Shown in pieces: positions 28,839-42,600 of a DNA stretch of 64,000 nt. The stretch's first letter is position 1; the number at the start of each line of letters is the position of its first letter. A model generated the notes under the pieces. It searched no databases and was not told where the DNA came from. It was given only the letters and a program-made list of their open reading frames with translations. Source of the stretch: the human T2T-CHM13v2.0 reference genome, Homo sapiens. Location: assembly GCF_009914755.1 (NCBI RefSeq), contig NC_060926.1. The stretch is one strand, 5' to 3'. Position numbers and translations under genes: made by a program.

Positions 28839-31309
28839 TGGGACTTTTAAAAAATAGAAAAGTCCACAAATGAATGAAAATATGCTACAATTCTGTTTTT
28901 AGACCTAGACCTGGGGGAAACCATTCTGCTGGGATTCCACACACGCATTCCCTGCACAGCCTCAGACATAAGAAAGACTAGGTCCCCATGCTGGCCGTAC
29001 GTGCCGAAGCCCATAAAAGAGATGACGACACATGCCATGACCTGCTGCCTACTGTAGTTACATTTCTGGCATGAAAATAGTTGTTTCCTGTTCAGAAGGA
29101 GTATGCCCAGTTCTCTGCTACTTCATTTACTAAGTTCACCTTTATAGAGCTTGCCTGCAAAGTGCTTTAGTCACCATAATCCACCAGGAGAATTGACCAA
29201 TAAGCTGGCATCAATTTACTGCCTCCTGCTCAGGCTGGCCAGTAGTGCTGTTTCTTGGTGTGTGCTGGGAAGTCAAGAGGTACACAGGTGGCTGGGGTGG
29301 ACATAGCATTTTGTTGGTGTGTTTTATTCTAAAAATCCAAGACTCTTTACCAAGTAACACACTTATTATTCAAGAATTAAAGTTTACATCTAAGCAAAAA
29401 GAAAAATTCAAAATCCTATCACTCAAAACCATTGTTACCTTCTTCATATATTTTTCTCCAGATATTTTAAAGCAGGGTTTGCATTTTTTATTTTATACTT
29501 TTTATCCTTATTGCTTTTCCTGCCTTTGAAAACTGAAAACATTACAAAAGTGTGTAACGGATGAAGGAACAATCCCTGTATCTGCTGCCTCTAAAGATCA
29601 TCACTGAGGACATTTTTATTCTGCTCTTTCTTAGCAGTAACCTTCAACTTCTGCCTCTATTGGCTCGTTGTTGTTTTAAAACTTTGAGCTAGTTTTACTT
29701 AACTGGATTTGTCCTTTTCAAACTTTTTTCTTTTCTTGGCTTCAGTCCTGCCTCTTCTCTTTTTTTTTGGATGAAGAATTTTGAACATGCACAAAAGTAG
29801 AAGGAAGAGTATAATGAAACCCATTGTTCCCATCACCTAGCCCCTGTATCCCTCATTCCACAGCCAGTCCTGCTCCATTCCCAACCCACCTGTACCCCAG
29901 CCCTTATTACTTTGACCTGCTCACTTTGTAATGACCTTCTAGGGTCCTTCGCAGTCCCTAGGGCTTCACTGTCTTTTGGCTTTGAGTAAGGACCAAGTGC
30001 CTGCCCTGCTGCTCTCAGAGCTTCTCTGGAGCCTGTGCTCTGTCCCAGGCTTGACCGGCTGACCTGGGCTTTCCCCACTCACTGCTGAAAAGCCTGGAAA
30101 TTCCCAGACGTTGAGTGCGCCAGCCTCGCAAGTTCAGCTCCTCATTCTCTTTCCTGTTAATGAAGAAGGCCATTGCTCAAGTCATTTGGAAGAGAAAAAG
30201 TGGAATTTACTACCTGGGTGTTCCTCATCCATGCTGTTCATATAAATTTAAACTTAGATGCCTGAGAATTACATTGAACATGACAAAAATTGCTGTGTGG
30301 GCAGTTTAGTTGAGTACTTGCAGATTGATAGAGCCCTTAGTAATAATGAAGGGAAAAGGTTCTTGAAGCTGCTCTGTTCCAGAAGATGAGCTCACCAGTT
30401 AAGGAGTTTGCAACTAAAGGTCCTCATTAACCTCTTGCTGGATGGCAAAGAGGAAAAAAGAAGAAGAAAATCCAGACTCTTCAAATCCTGACCTTTGGGG
30501 AGACCTAAGAAGTCATCCTATGCTACCCCCTCCTCATGGTGGGTTCCTGCATTTCATTCAGATTTACTTACCCCAGATTTTTTTTTCACTTCAGCTTCTC
30601 TTAAGTTTGTAAAATATCCTCAAACCATCACCACGTCATGGCCATGGAGTGCTGCCATGGCTTGCTATACTGGTGGTCAGCTTTTGTGTAAGATTACATA
30701 ACGAATACCACATGGAACTGGAAGATGCCAGCGTTTGAGTTGTCCCTCTTACCTAGCAACCCAATCAGTGTTTCTCAGAGGGAATGTGCTTATCCCAAGT
30801 AAAAGGTGGAGTTTATTGTGTGGCCACAAGGTGATCCAAGCCCAATTGAGTCTGTCTCCAAAATTCAGTAGGATCATGCTAAGGCCAGGGCCCGCATCCT
30901 GGCTGCATGAGCTGCCCTAAGTAAGGCCCCTCATCGCTGGTGCCGTTTGAACAGCGGAACATCCCTTTCGCTCAGCCCCCTTGGTTGGATTACCCTTTCT
31001 GAGCTTCCAGAATACTGTTTTCTATCTCTGTTGAGGCTCCTATGTTGGGAAAACTGGCCACAGGGTCAAGAGGGGTGACCCAAGCCAGAGCATTGTGTTC
31101 CCATCATAGACTGGGTGGAAACCAACCTGAGGGACAGGAAGTCCAACATCTGTTCTATCTGTCAAGGTGTCCAGCAGGTTGTACTTCTGATTGTGGTCTT
31201 GAGGCTCTTTGTTTTTGTTCAGTATGACTGCAGATGGCATTAATAGAGCCATGGTCTGCAGAGTGGGTGAGGTGGCAAAGTGAGAAAGTGAGTATGGTAC
31301 ATTCAAGTT

Positions 31310-31850
31310 ACCTTTCCACTTAGCGCTCCCTGGTGGCTTCCCATTGCACTTGAAGTAAAGAATGCCTCATCCTGACCCAGCAGGGCAGCTCTTCTCAGGG
31401 CCCATCCACCTCACTAGCCTCCCTGCTTCCACTTCTTCCCTGCTTTCCAGCCACAGCTGTGTCCCTAGACACAGCAAGCTTGCGCCCACCCCCCATCCTT
31501 CGCTCTGGCTCTCCTGCCTGGGATGCTCTCCCCCATGTCAACACGTGACATGGTCTTTTTTAGACCCACAGGTCTCAGTCTGTTTCCTCATAGACACCTT
31601 TTCATTACTAATGAACTCTAAAATAGGCTCCAGACATTCGCTGTTTTATTTTCTCCAAAGTCCTTTTTACTATCTAAGTAATCTTGTCATTTGTTTGTTT
31701 GCTCATTGCCTTTCTCTCCCCACTAGACTGGAAGCTTGACATGAGAAGGGACCTTGTCAGTTTTCTTGTATGTCTACAGTGCCTAGAAAAGGACTGGTAC
31801 ATAGTAGGAGCTTAGTAAGTATTTGTTGTGTGGCTGATTGAATGAATGAA
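31310..31850 (+). mobile_element. L2 (L2a-like) 3' end
   Basis: gtggcttcccattgcactt..., ccccactagactggaagctt, acatagtaggagcttagtaagtatttgttg...gaatgaatgaa terminus. Confidence 0.75.
31321..31337 (-). promoter_or_regulatory. Candidate CTCF motif (minus strand GCCACCAGGGAGCGCTA)
   Basis: One mismatch to the core CCACCAGGGGGCGC. Motif match only, binding not shown. Confidence 0.5.
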
Positions 31851-32344
31851 GATGGTTATTAGGAAGATTATGAGGTAATTGAAAGCTAAACCATGTGGTT
31901 GTTTAGCCTGAAGCAGAAAAGTCCCAGGGGCCATATGCTGGCTGTCTCAGTAATTAAAGCTGGTGCTACCCTAAAAGCACCTAGCCCTGCTTCACTCCTT
32001 TCTCTTGGCCAGATTGCTGTCCTCCAAGGAGATGGGCTTGTTCTGGGCACCCTTATGAGCCAGAACTGGAGCCAATAAGTGAAAACTCTAGGGAGACATA
32101 TTTTGGCTTTAAAAGAGAGAAAAAAATAATAATAATTGCCACTTTACCTGAGGACGTAGTGGGCTTCACCAGACAGCAGTGAATTTTAAGTCACCTGAGG
32201 TATGCATATGCAGGCACAGGCTGGGTGCTCTCTTGCAGACCTGGTATGGAGAGGGCTCAGCACCTGCATGGGCAGTTAGGCAGGGTTTACAATCCTTTCA
32301 GCCCAGAGCAGCAGGGCGCCTGCCCTGTATTTTTTGTTACTTTC

Positions 32345-33690
32345 TTTTTCATTCAGTAAATGTCAATCACTGCGGGCCCAGCCCTTTCCCTGCCCATCAT
32401 GCTGATTACAGAGAGTCAGGAGGTAGTTCATGATCCGCATGTAGTAAATGGGGGTGAAAGAGTTGAGAAGCTGTAGGAAGACACAGAAGGGGATTGAGCC
32501 TGGTCTAGGTCATCAGGGCAGGCCTGCCGGAGGAAGTGACTTTAGGTGGTAGTTTGAAGGACCAGTGGGGGTTGCCAGGAAGAGGAATAGAGAGAACCGC
32601 GGGGAGACCCCTGGGTGTGAGCATGGGAGCCCCATCACAGTGTCTTGGGGGTGTAACTGTCATTTAAGGGATAAGGGCCAGGAAAGTCAAAACATGCACA
32701 GAGCAGACCCACATGATGAGCAGTTGGGTTGGTATCAGCTTCTTGTGAAGTGGTGATAGAGGATGGTGTGCAGGGGAGGAGTGGAAGAAACAAGACCATG
32801 GGATGGGAGGGGTGGGCAAAAGCCAGGCCAGGCAGGCCACAGAAGCCAGGTCTGGGCTGCGTGCTCAGGGCAGCAGGGCCTCTGGAGGGTGTAGATGGTG
32901 AGGCGACAGGCAGATTTGTGTTTGGAAAGGGCACTGTCTTCACTATGGAAAATCAGTTTGAGAAATGGCAGGGAGAGCAATAGGAGGTTGTTAGATATTT
33001 CTTAGAAGAAGCCATGGTGGTCTTGGCCAAGGTGACAATGGTGGGAAGGAAGACATATGGGCAGATGTGAGAGACGTATGGAAGGTAGAGTCAGAATGAT
33101 TGATCGACACAGGCCTGAGAAAGTCCCAGGTTTCTTTTTGGTTTAGGCAAGCATGGGTATCACTTTTGGTTTAGTGGAGGTGATCCCACTTCCTGGGACA
33201 GGAAACACAGGGAGAGAAATGGTTTTGCTGCCAGTAGGGGCTTATGGAGGTATGAGTGTGATGTGACCGTGGGACAGCTGAGTGACAATTCTCAGTAGAC
33301 TTTGTATACATCAATCTGAAGCTCAGAGAAGTCTAGGCTGGTGATATACAATTAGAAGACCAAAGCACAGAAATGAGGTTTGAATCCCTGGAAGTAGATG
33401 AGACAATCCAGAGAGAAGGGGTAGAATTAGAAGAGAAGGCAGCCTGGGGCAGAGCACGGAGGCTTGGCACGCCACACTTAAGGGACACGGAGAGGCAGAG
33501 AAACTTGAAGAGGAGCAGACATGGAGCTTAGACACCCAGAGTGGGGCCCAGAGCTAAGGAGGAGTGTCTCAAGGTGTTGGGGTGGGGAGGGCACAGAATC
33601 ACCAGGCTTCAGATGCTGCTATAAGGTCAGGCCTACAAAGGTTTGGATTCAGTGCACAGAGGTTATTAGTGACCTGGACAAAGCAGTTAT
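32345..33690 (-). mobile_element. Degenerate L2 remnant
   Basis: ttcattcagtaaat start, ggaggaagtgacttt, gagaagtctaggctgg and agaggttattagtgacctgg are typical reverse L2 motifs. Confidence 0.6.
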
Positions 33691-33732
33691 TTTTTGCTGA
33701 TGAAGTATATTAAAAGGCTTTCCAGGCATCAC

Positions 33733-34115
33733 ATGTGCCTTAGTCCATTCAGGCTGCTATAACAGAATACTGTAGACTAGGTGGCATAAAGAACTAAAAC
33801 AACGGATTTATTCCTCACAGTCCTTGAGGCTGGGAAGTCCAAGATCAAGATGCTGGCAGATCCAGTGTCTAGTGACGGCCCACTTCCTGGTTCATGGAAC
33901 AGCACCTTCTCATTGCGTCCTTACATAGTAGAAAGAATGAGAGAGCTGTCTGGGGTCCCTTTTATAAGGCACTAATCCTATTTGTGAGGGATCTACCTCT
34001 GAGGCCTGATAACCTCCCAGAGGTCTGCCTCCTGATGCCATCACATTGGGGATTGAATTTCAACCTGTGAATTGGCAGGGAGTGGGGAGACTGGGGGGAG
34101 CAAATATCTATCACA
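33733..34115 (-). mobile_element. MLT1A-like MaLR solo LTR
   Basis: tgtgccttagtccattcaggctgctataacagaatac..gaggctgggaagtccaagatcaag..tttataaggcactaatcc..atcacattgggg. Confidence 0.85.
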
Positions 34116-34912
34116 ACACATAATATTGTTTTATGTGAGGAGTGTCCTGCTGATGTCAAGAAGAGCCTCTGTCACCACTGTGACCACTGTCCAGTCTCAG
34201 CAATGGGTAAAAGTGAATGAAGTGACCCAAGTCTGGAAGGCCTTATCTCACTGCTGGTAAGGGAAGGCCCCACCTATAGTAGGTGGCCACCCTGGTTGTG
34301 CTCATTCCTGGCACAGGCCTCTTGAGTCGTTCAGACAGTCTCTGTACTACCAGCTAAAAATGACTGTAAGCTAGAAATTTAGGAGTGGTTTAGATTTTAA
34401 AGAGCTTGTTCATCTAATTAAATAGAACTGGAGTTAATGGCTTAGTGGTTGTTCTATAATCAGGCCCTGCTACAAGTGGTTAAGGAGACTGACAACGGGA
34501 ACCAAAAGAGCCTGCAGGGACAGGAGTGAACATGGCTGGAAAGAGTCTCTGCCAGGACTTCTGAATCCAGAGCTGAGAATGTGGCTTCCTTGGAGTTATG
34601 AGAGATAGGGAGGGATTTTGAGCTGTGGCCCACTGAGATGAAAAATTGGGTTGTATCATCTTGTTCTGGAGTTGCAGTGACAGTTTATGGCGAGGGGTAA
34701 TAAAAGGAGCAAAGGATCTGAACCCAACCTGGTTTTGAATCTGGGATTTCTCACTTTTTAGCCAAGTAACTGGAAAAGTGACTGAAAAACTCTCTGCATC
34801 TCAGATAATTCATCTGTGCAAAACGATATGCATAGCTGTAGTCAAAGTTAGCTTGTGTGTGAAGCCCCTAGCACAGAGGAGACATTTAATAAATGTTCAC
34901 TCCTGCTATCTG

Positions 34913-35204
<292 letters not shown>

Positions 35205-37316
35205 TCTTTATTATTTTTATGATCATCATAGTCTATGTTACATTTATGTAGTTGTTATGGATCACAAAACACTTTCAGATGTCCTCACTGATTGCAGTTC
35301 AGCTTACTGCCATATACTTGAGTTATCACACGGGTGTATGTATGAGCCCCATTAGACCGAGAGCTCCTTAAATGGATGGGTCCCCACTCACAGATGTCTA
35401 GTGCGGGCATAAACTAGAGGATCCATGTGAGGAAGCACTTCCCCTACCAGAGCTCTTCAGAAAGAGAGCAGGTGGCTTCAAGAAGATGTCAGCTTCCCAC
35501 TCTTGAGGATATAGCAGGGGCCACCTGGCAGGGACACTGTGGGGAAGTGGCTGCACTGGTTGGAAGGCTGGCTTCAAAGAGATGGTTTCTGAATCCCGCT
35601 TTATAATCTATGTTTTAATTGGATGAAGCAGTTCTCATGTCCCGTCAGGTTCATTCAAAGGAGTGTTTGTACTCATCTAAGTTTGTGGACCCTAGGCAAA
35701 GTGAGCCAGGCCCGGCTGCCCGGGGGATCCTTCCTCTCTCTGCTCTAAATGCTCTTTAAACACACAGGCTCACCTACTCCCTGGCAGATGAAAGTTTTAA
35801 ATTTAAAAATATTTTAAAAGAATGCTTTCATATGAAAGCCAGTATCTTTTAAAATATCAAATTTGTCTTAAACATTTTGGCAGCATATGCCATGTGACTT
35901 TTGGATTTATAGTTTCTCTTTCATAGAATAAAAAGTTCAGTGCCACCACCTCAAGAGTTCTGCAAGTTCACATTATGTAAACATATATAATAAAATATTT
36001 ACTTAGGGTTTCCATAAAAAAGATCCAAAGCAGAGAATAAGAGAGCTTCTCTTTGCCGGTTTCAGAGGCTCTGCTGGGAATTCTGAATGAAATTTAAGCC
36101 TCTTGAATATGTTTTGATTGGCCTTCTTCATATTTTATCTCCTGTAATGAACTCTTTGTCAGTTTGTCAATTTTGACTAAGGACAGAAAGTTCATGTGCA
36201 GTAACACAGAGACTGAATTTAAAATTATGGTTTATATCATGATGTAATAATCCTCTCTTTTGTCCTTCAGTCAATATTTACCTGTTAGGCCAATATATTA
36301 TAATGCTGACTTCAAAAGAAGACACTTTATTTTACCTTCTCTAAGTGTTGGTTTTAGATACTTGAAATATCAAAACTGGAAGTTGAGCCATCTGAGACTC
36401 TTGGCTGAATTCACATAAAGTTCAGTTCCTCGATCGCAGGGCAGGTTTCACTGCTCCCAGTGACCCAGCGACACAGCTGCGTGCCTGTCAGAATGAGGCG
36501 GCTAAGCTTGGAGTCATGCTGGTTCCTCTCAGCTTTCCAGACAGCCCTCTCCTCTGTGGGAAACAGATCTGTTATGTTACCCCATAGCAGCCAGGATCTC
36601 TTAAGTGGACTTAAGTATTCCTTTATGTATTACAGCTACAGGATTGGGCGGAAAAACCTGAAGAATGCCCTGTAGGAAGGTGGTCTCTGAGTGTCACACC
36701 AGATGAAGAATAGGGAATCTTAAATTCTTTTCCTTGCCTGAACCCCTTTTTTCAAGCATCCCACGTTTAAGCATTTTTCCATTTTAAAAACTGAGGGAAG
36801 AATTATCCCCCAGTGAAGGAGTAGGAGGATAATAAGTAGCTACACAGTTTGCAGATAAAATGTGTGATACCTTAGGACTGATCATTCAGGTTACCAAAAG
36901 AGCAGATGGTACTGTGTTAATAAGTTCTTCTAAGCCAACTTGGGTATGAGTCAAGACTCTGTCAGTGAGTCATAATGGAAAGGGAATTGATCCACTCATT
37001 AACTGCCAAGTCCACAGGTAGACTAGTTTCAGGCTCAGCTGGATCCTGAAGTTCAAATGAGGTCATAATTCTTCTTTTCTTTCTTAGACTATTATTTTCT
37101 GTATTGGCATGATTATGTAGCATAGATGTTTCCTGGCAGCTCCAGGTTTATGTGGTCCTTAGTGCCTGGGATCCCAGGAGAGAGACCCTCTTTCCTGAAG
37201 TTCATATCATTTATCAATACAACAAGTTGTATTGTTCAACTGAAGCAAATTCAGCACTATGCTTGTATCTTCCATGTGCTTCTCTCTGCCCATTGTATAT
37301 CTTTAAACTGTATACT

Positions 37317-37657
<341 letters not shown>

Positions 37658-37997
37658 TAATTGGTTCATTTTCTATATTTTCATACACACATACATGTAT
37701 ATGTATGTACGTATGTATATACTCTTGTATGTATGTGTATATTTTTATTTTCACATACACTATATTTGATAGGTGATTTACAGTATGTTCAAGAATAAAT
37801 CTTAAGTTTATAACCTAACTACCCTCCCTCATTTAAGGTACAGTTCTAACAGCCTTGGTCACCTGACCAACTCTCTGGTAAACCTGGTAGGGAGGGCAGG
37901 GCCTATTAAAAGACAGCTCCACCAGGAAGGGAAGGAGCAGTTCTAAAAGGAAAAAGAAAGTGGGTCCTTTACCAGAGGGAAAAGACAGACCGACTGT

Positions 37998-38200
37998 TGA
38001 TTCATTCATTCAACAAGTACTTCTTGAGGACCTATTATGTGCCAGGTACTCTTCCAGGCCTTGGGTAACAGTGAACATTACACAAAAGGCCTTATTTGCT
38101 GGAGCTTACATGGTAGGGAGAGAGACAGATAACAAACACACAAGCCGATAGAGATATGCCGTGATATCTGGTAGTGATGAGAGCTCTGAAGAAAGACCAC
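37998..38200 (-). mobile_element. L2 3'-end fragment
   Basis: attcattcattcaacaagtacttcttgaggacctattatgtgccagg. Confidence 0.75.
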
Positions 38201-39106
38201 GGTAAGCCTCAACAGGTGTGGAGTACGTGCTTTACAGTGCAGATGGAGGAAATGGTTGGGGGCGGGGTGGTGGGGAGTTGGAGGAGACAGACAGGTGGAG
38301 GAAATGGTGGGAGGGGGGTAGAGGAACCTCTTCTTGTTTGGGGATTCTCTTTCAGTTGACCCAAATAAAGTAAGGAAGATTTTGATAGGCAGATCCTGTT
38401 AAGACTATCCCAAGCATAGGAAAAAGTATGAGCCAAGCCAACATCTAAATGGCTTGAGGGAAGATCTGTTCAGGAAATGGAAAGAGGTTTCCCATGACAG
38501 CTACATACAGAGCATGTGAAGGATGGGGCTGAGGTTGCTTGGGGTGTGACCCTGTAAGGACATGAATAACAGGCTAAGAGTACCTTTCCCAGACCCACAT
38601 TTAGAAAGATCACAGCAAAGTGTGGAGGGCCAGGTGAGGGGGGCACAGAGGCGAGGTAGGGCAGCCAGGTGTGGGCTGAATAGGGCAATGGCCAGAGGGA
38701 ATGGGAAGGAAGGGCAGAGCTTTCAGAGGCTTCATCTGTAGGATTTGGGGATTAATTCACTTCTAGTGACCTAAAAGGATTTGTTCATCACCCAGAATGA
38801 GCCATATCTTCTTATGTTTACTCAAAGATAAGAAGCCTTTAGAAATGGGAAACATCTTGGGAAAGTGGTTAATCTTGTTTATTCACAAGAACAATTTCAT
38901 CATCTTTTGCTATACAATGAGGAAAGTGACAGTAGTGCGGGTCACAGAGGGAGGTGGCCAAGGAAGGAAGCAAGCAAGACTAGATGTGTCACCTAACTGC
39001 AGGTCCTGTGGCCTCTGGGAGTGACATACATTCTAGGAAAGGACTCCTGGGAGAGAATGCTGTGGCCTTCCACGCCAGCCTGATAGTCCTTCTCGTGCAT
39101 TTACAG

Positions 39107-39219
39107 GCAACTTCAAAGTGGGAGTTCACATTGCTGACGTGAGTTACTTTGTTCCGGAGGGATCTGATCTGGATAAAGTGGCTGCCGAGAGGGCTACAAG
39201 CGTCTACTTGGTTCAAAAG
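39107..39219 (+). CDS. DIS3L2: DIS3L2 coding exon (probably exon 11, 113 bp): (G)[37 protein letters not shown]
   Basis: ttacag acceptor (AG 39105-39106), AAG|GTAAAA donor. Conserved RNB motifs VHIADVS and RATSVYL. G|GC Gly codon completes the phase-1 junction. Not in the ORF track. Confidence 0.97.
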
Positions 39220-39450
39220 GTAAAAATCCATCTCTAGTTTCTTTTTTCTTGCTTTGTTTATTTGTTTGTTTCCCTGGAAGAGTGTGTGCTCTCTGTTATT
39301 ACATGTTCTCCGGAAAGAGAAGCCAAAGGAAGACACAGGTGTTCATCTGAGGCCTCATCCCAGAGTGGCCCTGCTATATAAGTAACTGACAGATACTCAG
39401 CTTCAGAAAGAAAGGAGGCAAAATACCTGCTTTCAAACGATTGTTCTAAA

Positions 39451-39625
39451 GCAGGGCTCGGCAAACTCAGCCCACACTAGCGACTAGTTTTTGTAAGGTT
39501 TTATTGGAACTCAGGCACATGCATTTGTTCATGTATTGTGGCTGCTTTCACACTACTTCAGCAGAGTGGCATGACGATTTCCTATTACTGTAAGCCCTTT
39601 AAGGAAATGTTTTCAACCCCTGTTC
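39451..39625. mobile_element. MER58A-like DNA transposon remnant
   Basis: cagggctcggcaaact...gttttattggaactcag..catttgttcatgtattgtggctgctttcac...tttcaacccctg. Confidence 0.7.
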
Positions 39626-42600
39626 TAAAAGGTGGGAGCCAATCTGGTCCTGACCTGCCCATTACAAGATAGCTATGGGAGTCTCCGAGATGGAAAAGCG
39701 AAGGGAGATAAGGAGGAGCCTGAGCTTTTCCCTCTCATCCTGACTGCACCACTCTTGGTTAGTTACTAAGTGTCTACAGACCTCCCTAGACTCATCTGTG
39801 AAATGAAGGGACTGGACAGATTCATCTCAAAACATCCCTTCCATTCTGTGTACTTGGACCTGGCACATTCAATAGGTAACCATGAGAATCCATTCCTTTA
39901 ACACATATATATTGAGCACCAATTATCTGATGGTCACTGCAGTAGGCCTCAGAGAAAGGGGTTAATAAGAGACCAAGCATGAGTAAGTTCTGCCCTCCAC
40001 ACTGTGGTTCATGAATTCTGCCAGGTTTCTTTCTCTTCTTTCCCTTCTCTGATCCTCTGCTCATTTGCTCATCTTCCTTCTTCGGCCATATCTGGACTTC
40101 CACTTCCTTTCTAGCTTTTTAAAATTTGGCAGTCCAGTTTGGGATTCTGCCTATACTAGCTTGAGCCTTCCTGCCTCCCAAGCCCATGCCCTAGGACATG
40201 ATTCTGGTATTTGCTCATTGACTGCCCTAAGGTCAGAGGAATATCCCCACCATCCACCCTAGAATGCAGCACCACAGGTGCATTCTAGAATTTCTGGGCT
40301 CCACTTCTAGCAAAGTGCCTACTTGATGTTCACAAAGGTATTGGCACTTCTGGAGCAAAAGCTATCCAGGAAAGCCCAAAAGTTTCTAGGATTTCTGGTA
40401 TTTACCAAGTGTTACTGAGAGTTCCTCTCATGTTTTCAACTTGTCCACCCTGAAAACTAACCTCTCAAAAGGGAAGAGACCAGTCTAGGCTTTGAGTGCA
40501 GCCATATCCTCTAGGGGCTGAAGATCCTGTTGCCTGTGGCCCAAGTTTAGTTCCCCCAGTGTAGCTGAGCTTATCAGTTGACAGTGATGTCTTCCACCCC
40601 ATGGTGGAAATCACCTTGTCTGAGACCCTTTGCTCCTGCTACAAAGGGAGCTAGCCTAGATGGGCTCTCTTGTCCCAAAGGAAAGCCAGAGCTGTTATCT
40701 GCCATAGCCGCCTTCAATATGTGGAGGCCCTACCTAGGAAGACCTGGCACCTCCTCTCCCCTGCCCCAGGACAGTACTCTCTGGATCACTGAAACCTAGA
40801 ATATTTGAGCAAAACCCTAGCTCCACCTGCTCCAGGAGACTTGTACAGCCGATTTCTTCAGAAGTACAGCTTTGCCTACCATTCACATTAGGTGATCAGA
40901 ACCACCATGTACGTGTTTTCTGCCATCCCAGAAGTGAGAATAGTGAATAGAGAGGAAGACAGAGTTGATCAGAGCCAGGAAATTCTGAGTCAGAAGCTGT
41001 GTGATCATCAAAACCCCATTCCAGGTAACTGTGTCATGGGCAATAGGTAATCTCAATGCACAGTGATGCCTGAAAGACCCAGCACCTTCAGTGACCAATT
41101 AGTGAGAATAGTTAGCTGTGTCCTCATCTGAGCAGGGGGAATTCCGTACCAGACTTTGCTTGTGTCAAACGTACTGTGTCCCTCCCTGACCTCTGTGGCT
41201 GGCCTAAGCCTAAATGCAATGTTTAAGAACTTCTCTTTGCCCCCCGACCCCTCACAATGTCTATGACACCTGAGTCCAAGCTCTGAGCAGGTATAGGCAG
41301 CTTAAGAGAATGCAGTGCAAACTTCTGACCCACAAGTATCTCTCTTGAGTACATGGGGCTTCCTCCCTGACCCCCATGGCCATGAAGCCACGGCCATGCA
41401 CTAGCTGCTGCGCTCTCCTTTTATAACCAGGAATTACTTTTCAAAATCAGAAAATGAAAAAATCAAATTGGGTTAAGTAATTAAGCATGTTTCCTTTTCT
41501 GTTTCCTTTGGTTTTGTGTTTGTCACAGTTCTAGAATTTCTCTGTGGGACTACAGAGTTGGGGCTCTGCTGCTGAGTTGTGAAAGTGGGGAGCTGGGTGG
41601 AGGAAGGGCCCGCACGCCTCTGCTGCCCGGCACTGCCTCCAGCTTGGCAGGCACAAGTGGCGCCGGCCCGCAACCTTGGACAGCAGCAGCTGTGCGCTCT
41701 GATTCCTTTGAACCGCTGCTCTGACCTTTCTTCCTACTCGGTTTTGTTTCTTAAAGGACTGTGTCCAGGAACTTTTCTGCTGTTTTCACTTTACTTTGCC
41801 TATAAAGGTCTTCTGAAAAGCTGGATGAGCTGTGTTTCCGCCCTCCAGATTCTCTGCTTTCTCACTTGGCACAATCATTTCTCCCAGCTTCATCACACAG
41901 GGGAAGGGGGGCTGGGGTTCCAGTTCATTTCCCATCTATAGGGAATGTGGCACTGATTTCATTCAGATCTGTAAGTGACTGATGCCAGAACTGCAATCTT
42001 AGCTCCTTATCTAAACTCTAATTGGGGGATTAACCCATGGAGTAGGACAGTATACAGTGTAACAGGTCTTGGGTCCAAATACCACCTCACTGACTTTAAA
42101 TGAAATTCTTTTTGTTGAGATTTTGCTCACAGTAATAAGTATTTGGTTATTCTTGTTAACAATAGGGTATAATCAGGTGGAAATATAAATTTAGGTAGTG
42201 TCCATTTAAATATCAGGAAAAAACTTTTTGACAAAAGATGATTCCGTTAGATAGGGGACACCTGCCCACCTGAATTTTGGTCTGTCTTTCTCAGAAGGAC
42301 ACAACATTTGCTCAGTTAATGCCTCTCAACTGTCTTCTCTGGGAGATAAATATAATGTAATTGCAAAGTTTAAAGTAATTTTAGAAAATAAGCAAATTAA
42401 GCTTTAAAAGTAAAAGAAAACCTAAACAGTTGAAACCTAAACCTAAATTTTCTGCCTATTGGCCCAAGCATTCATGTTATTTTAGGTGCGAAACAGCTCA
42501 AGTGAAAGTTCGCCCATAAATCTCTACGATATTTTATTGGTACTGCTTTATAATAGAGATCAAAGATTGGGATTGGAAGCCTGTCTTAATGTAGAGTCCA

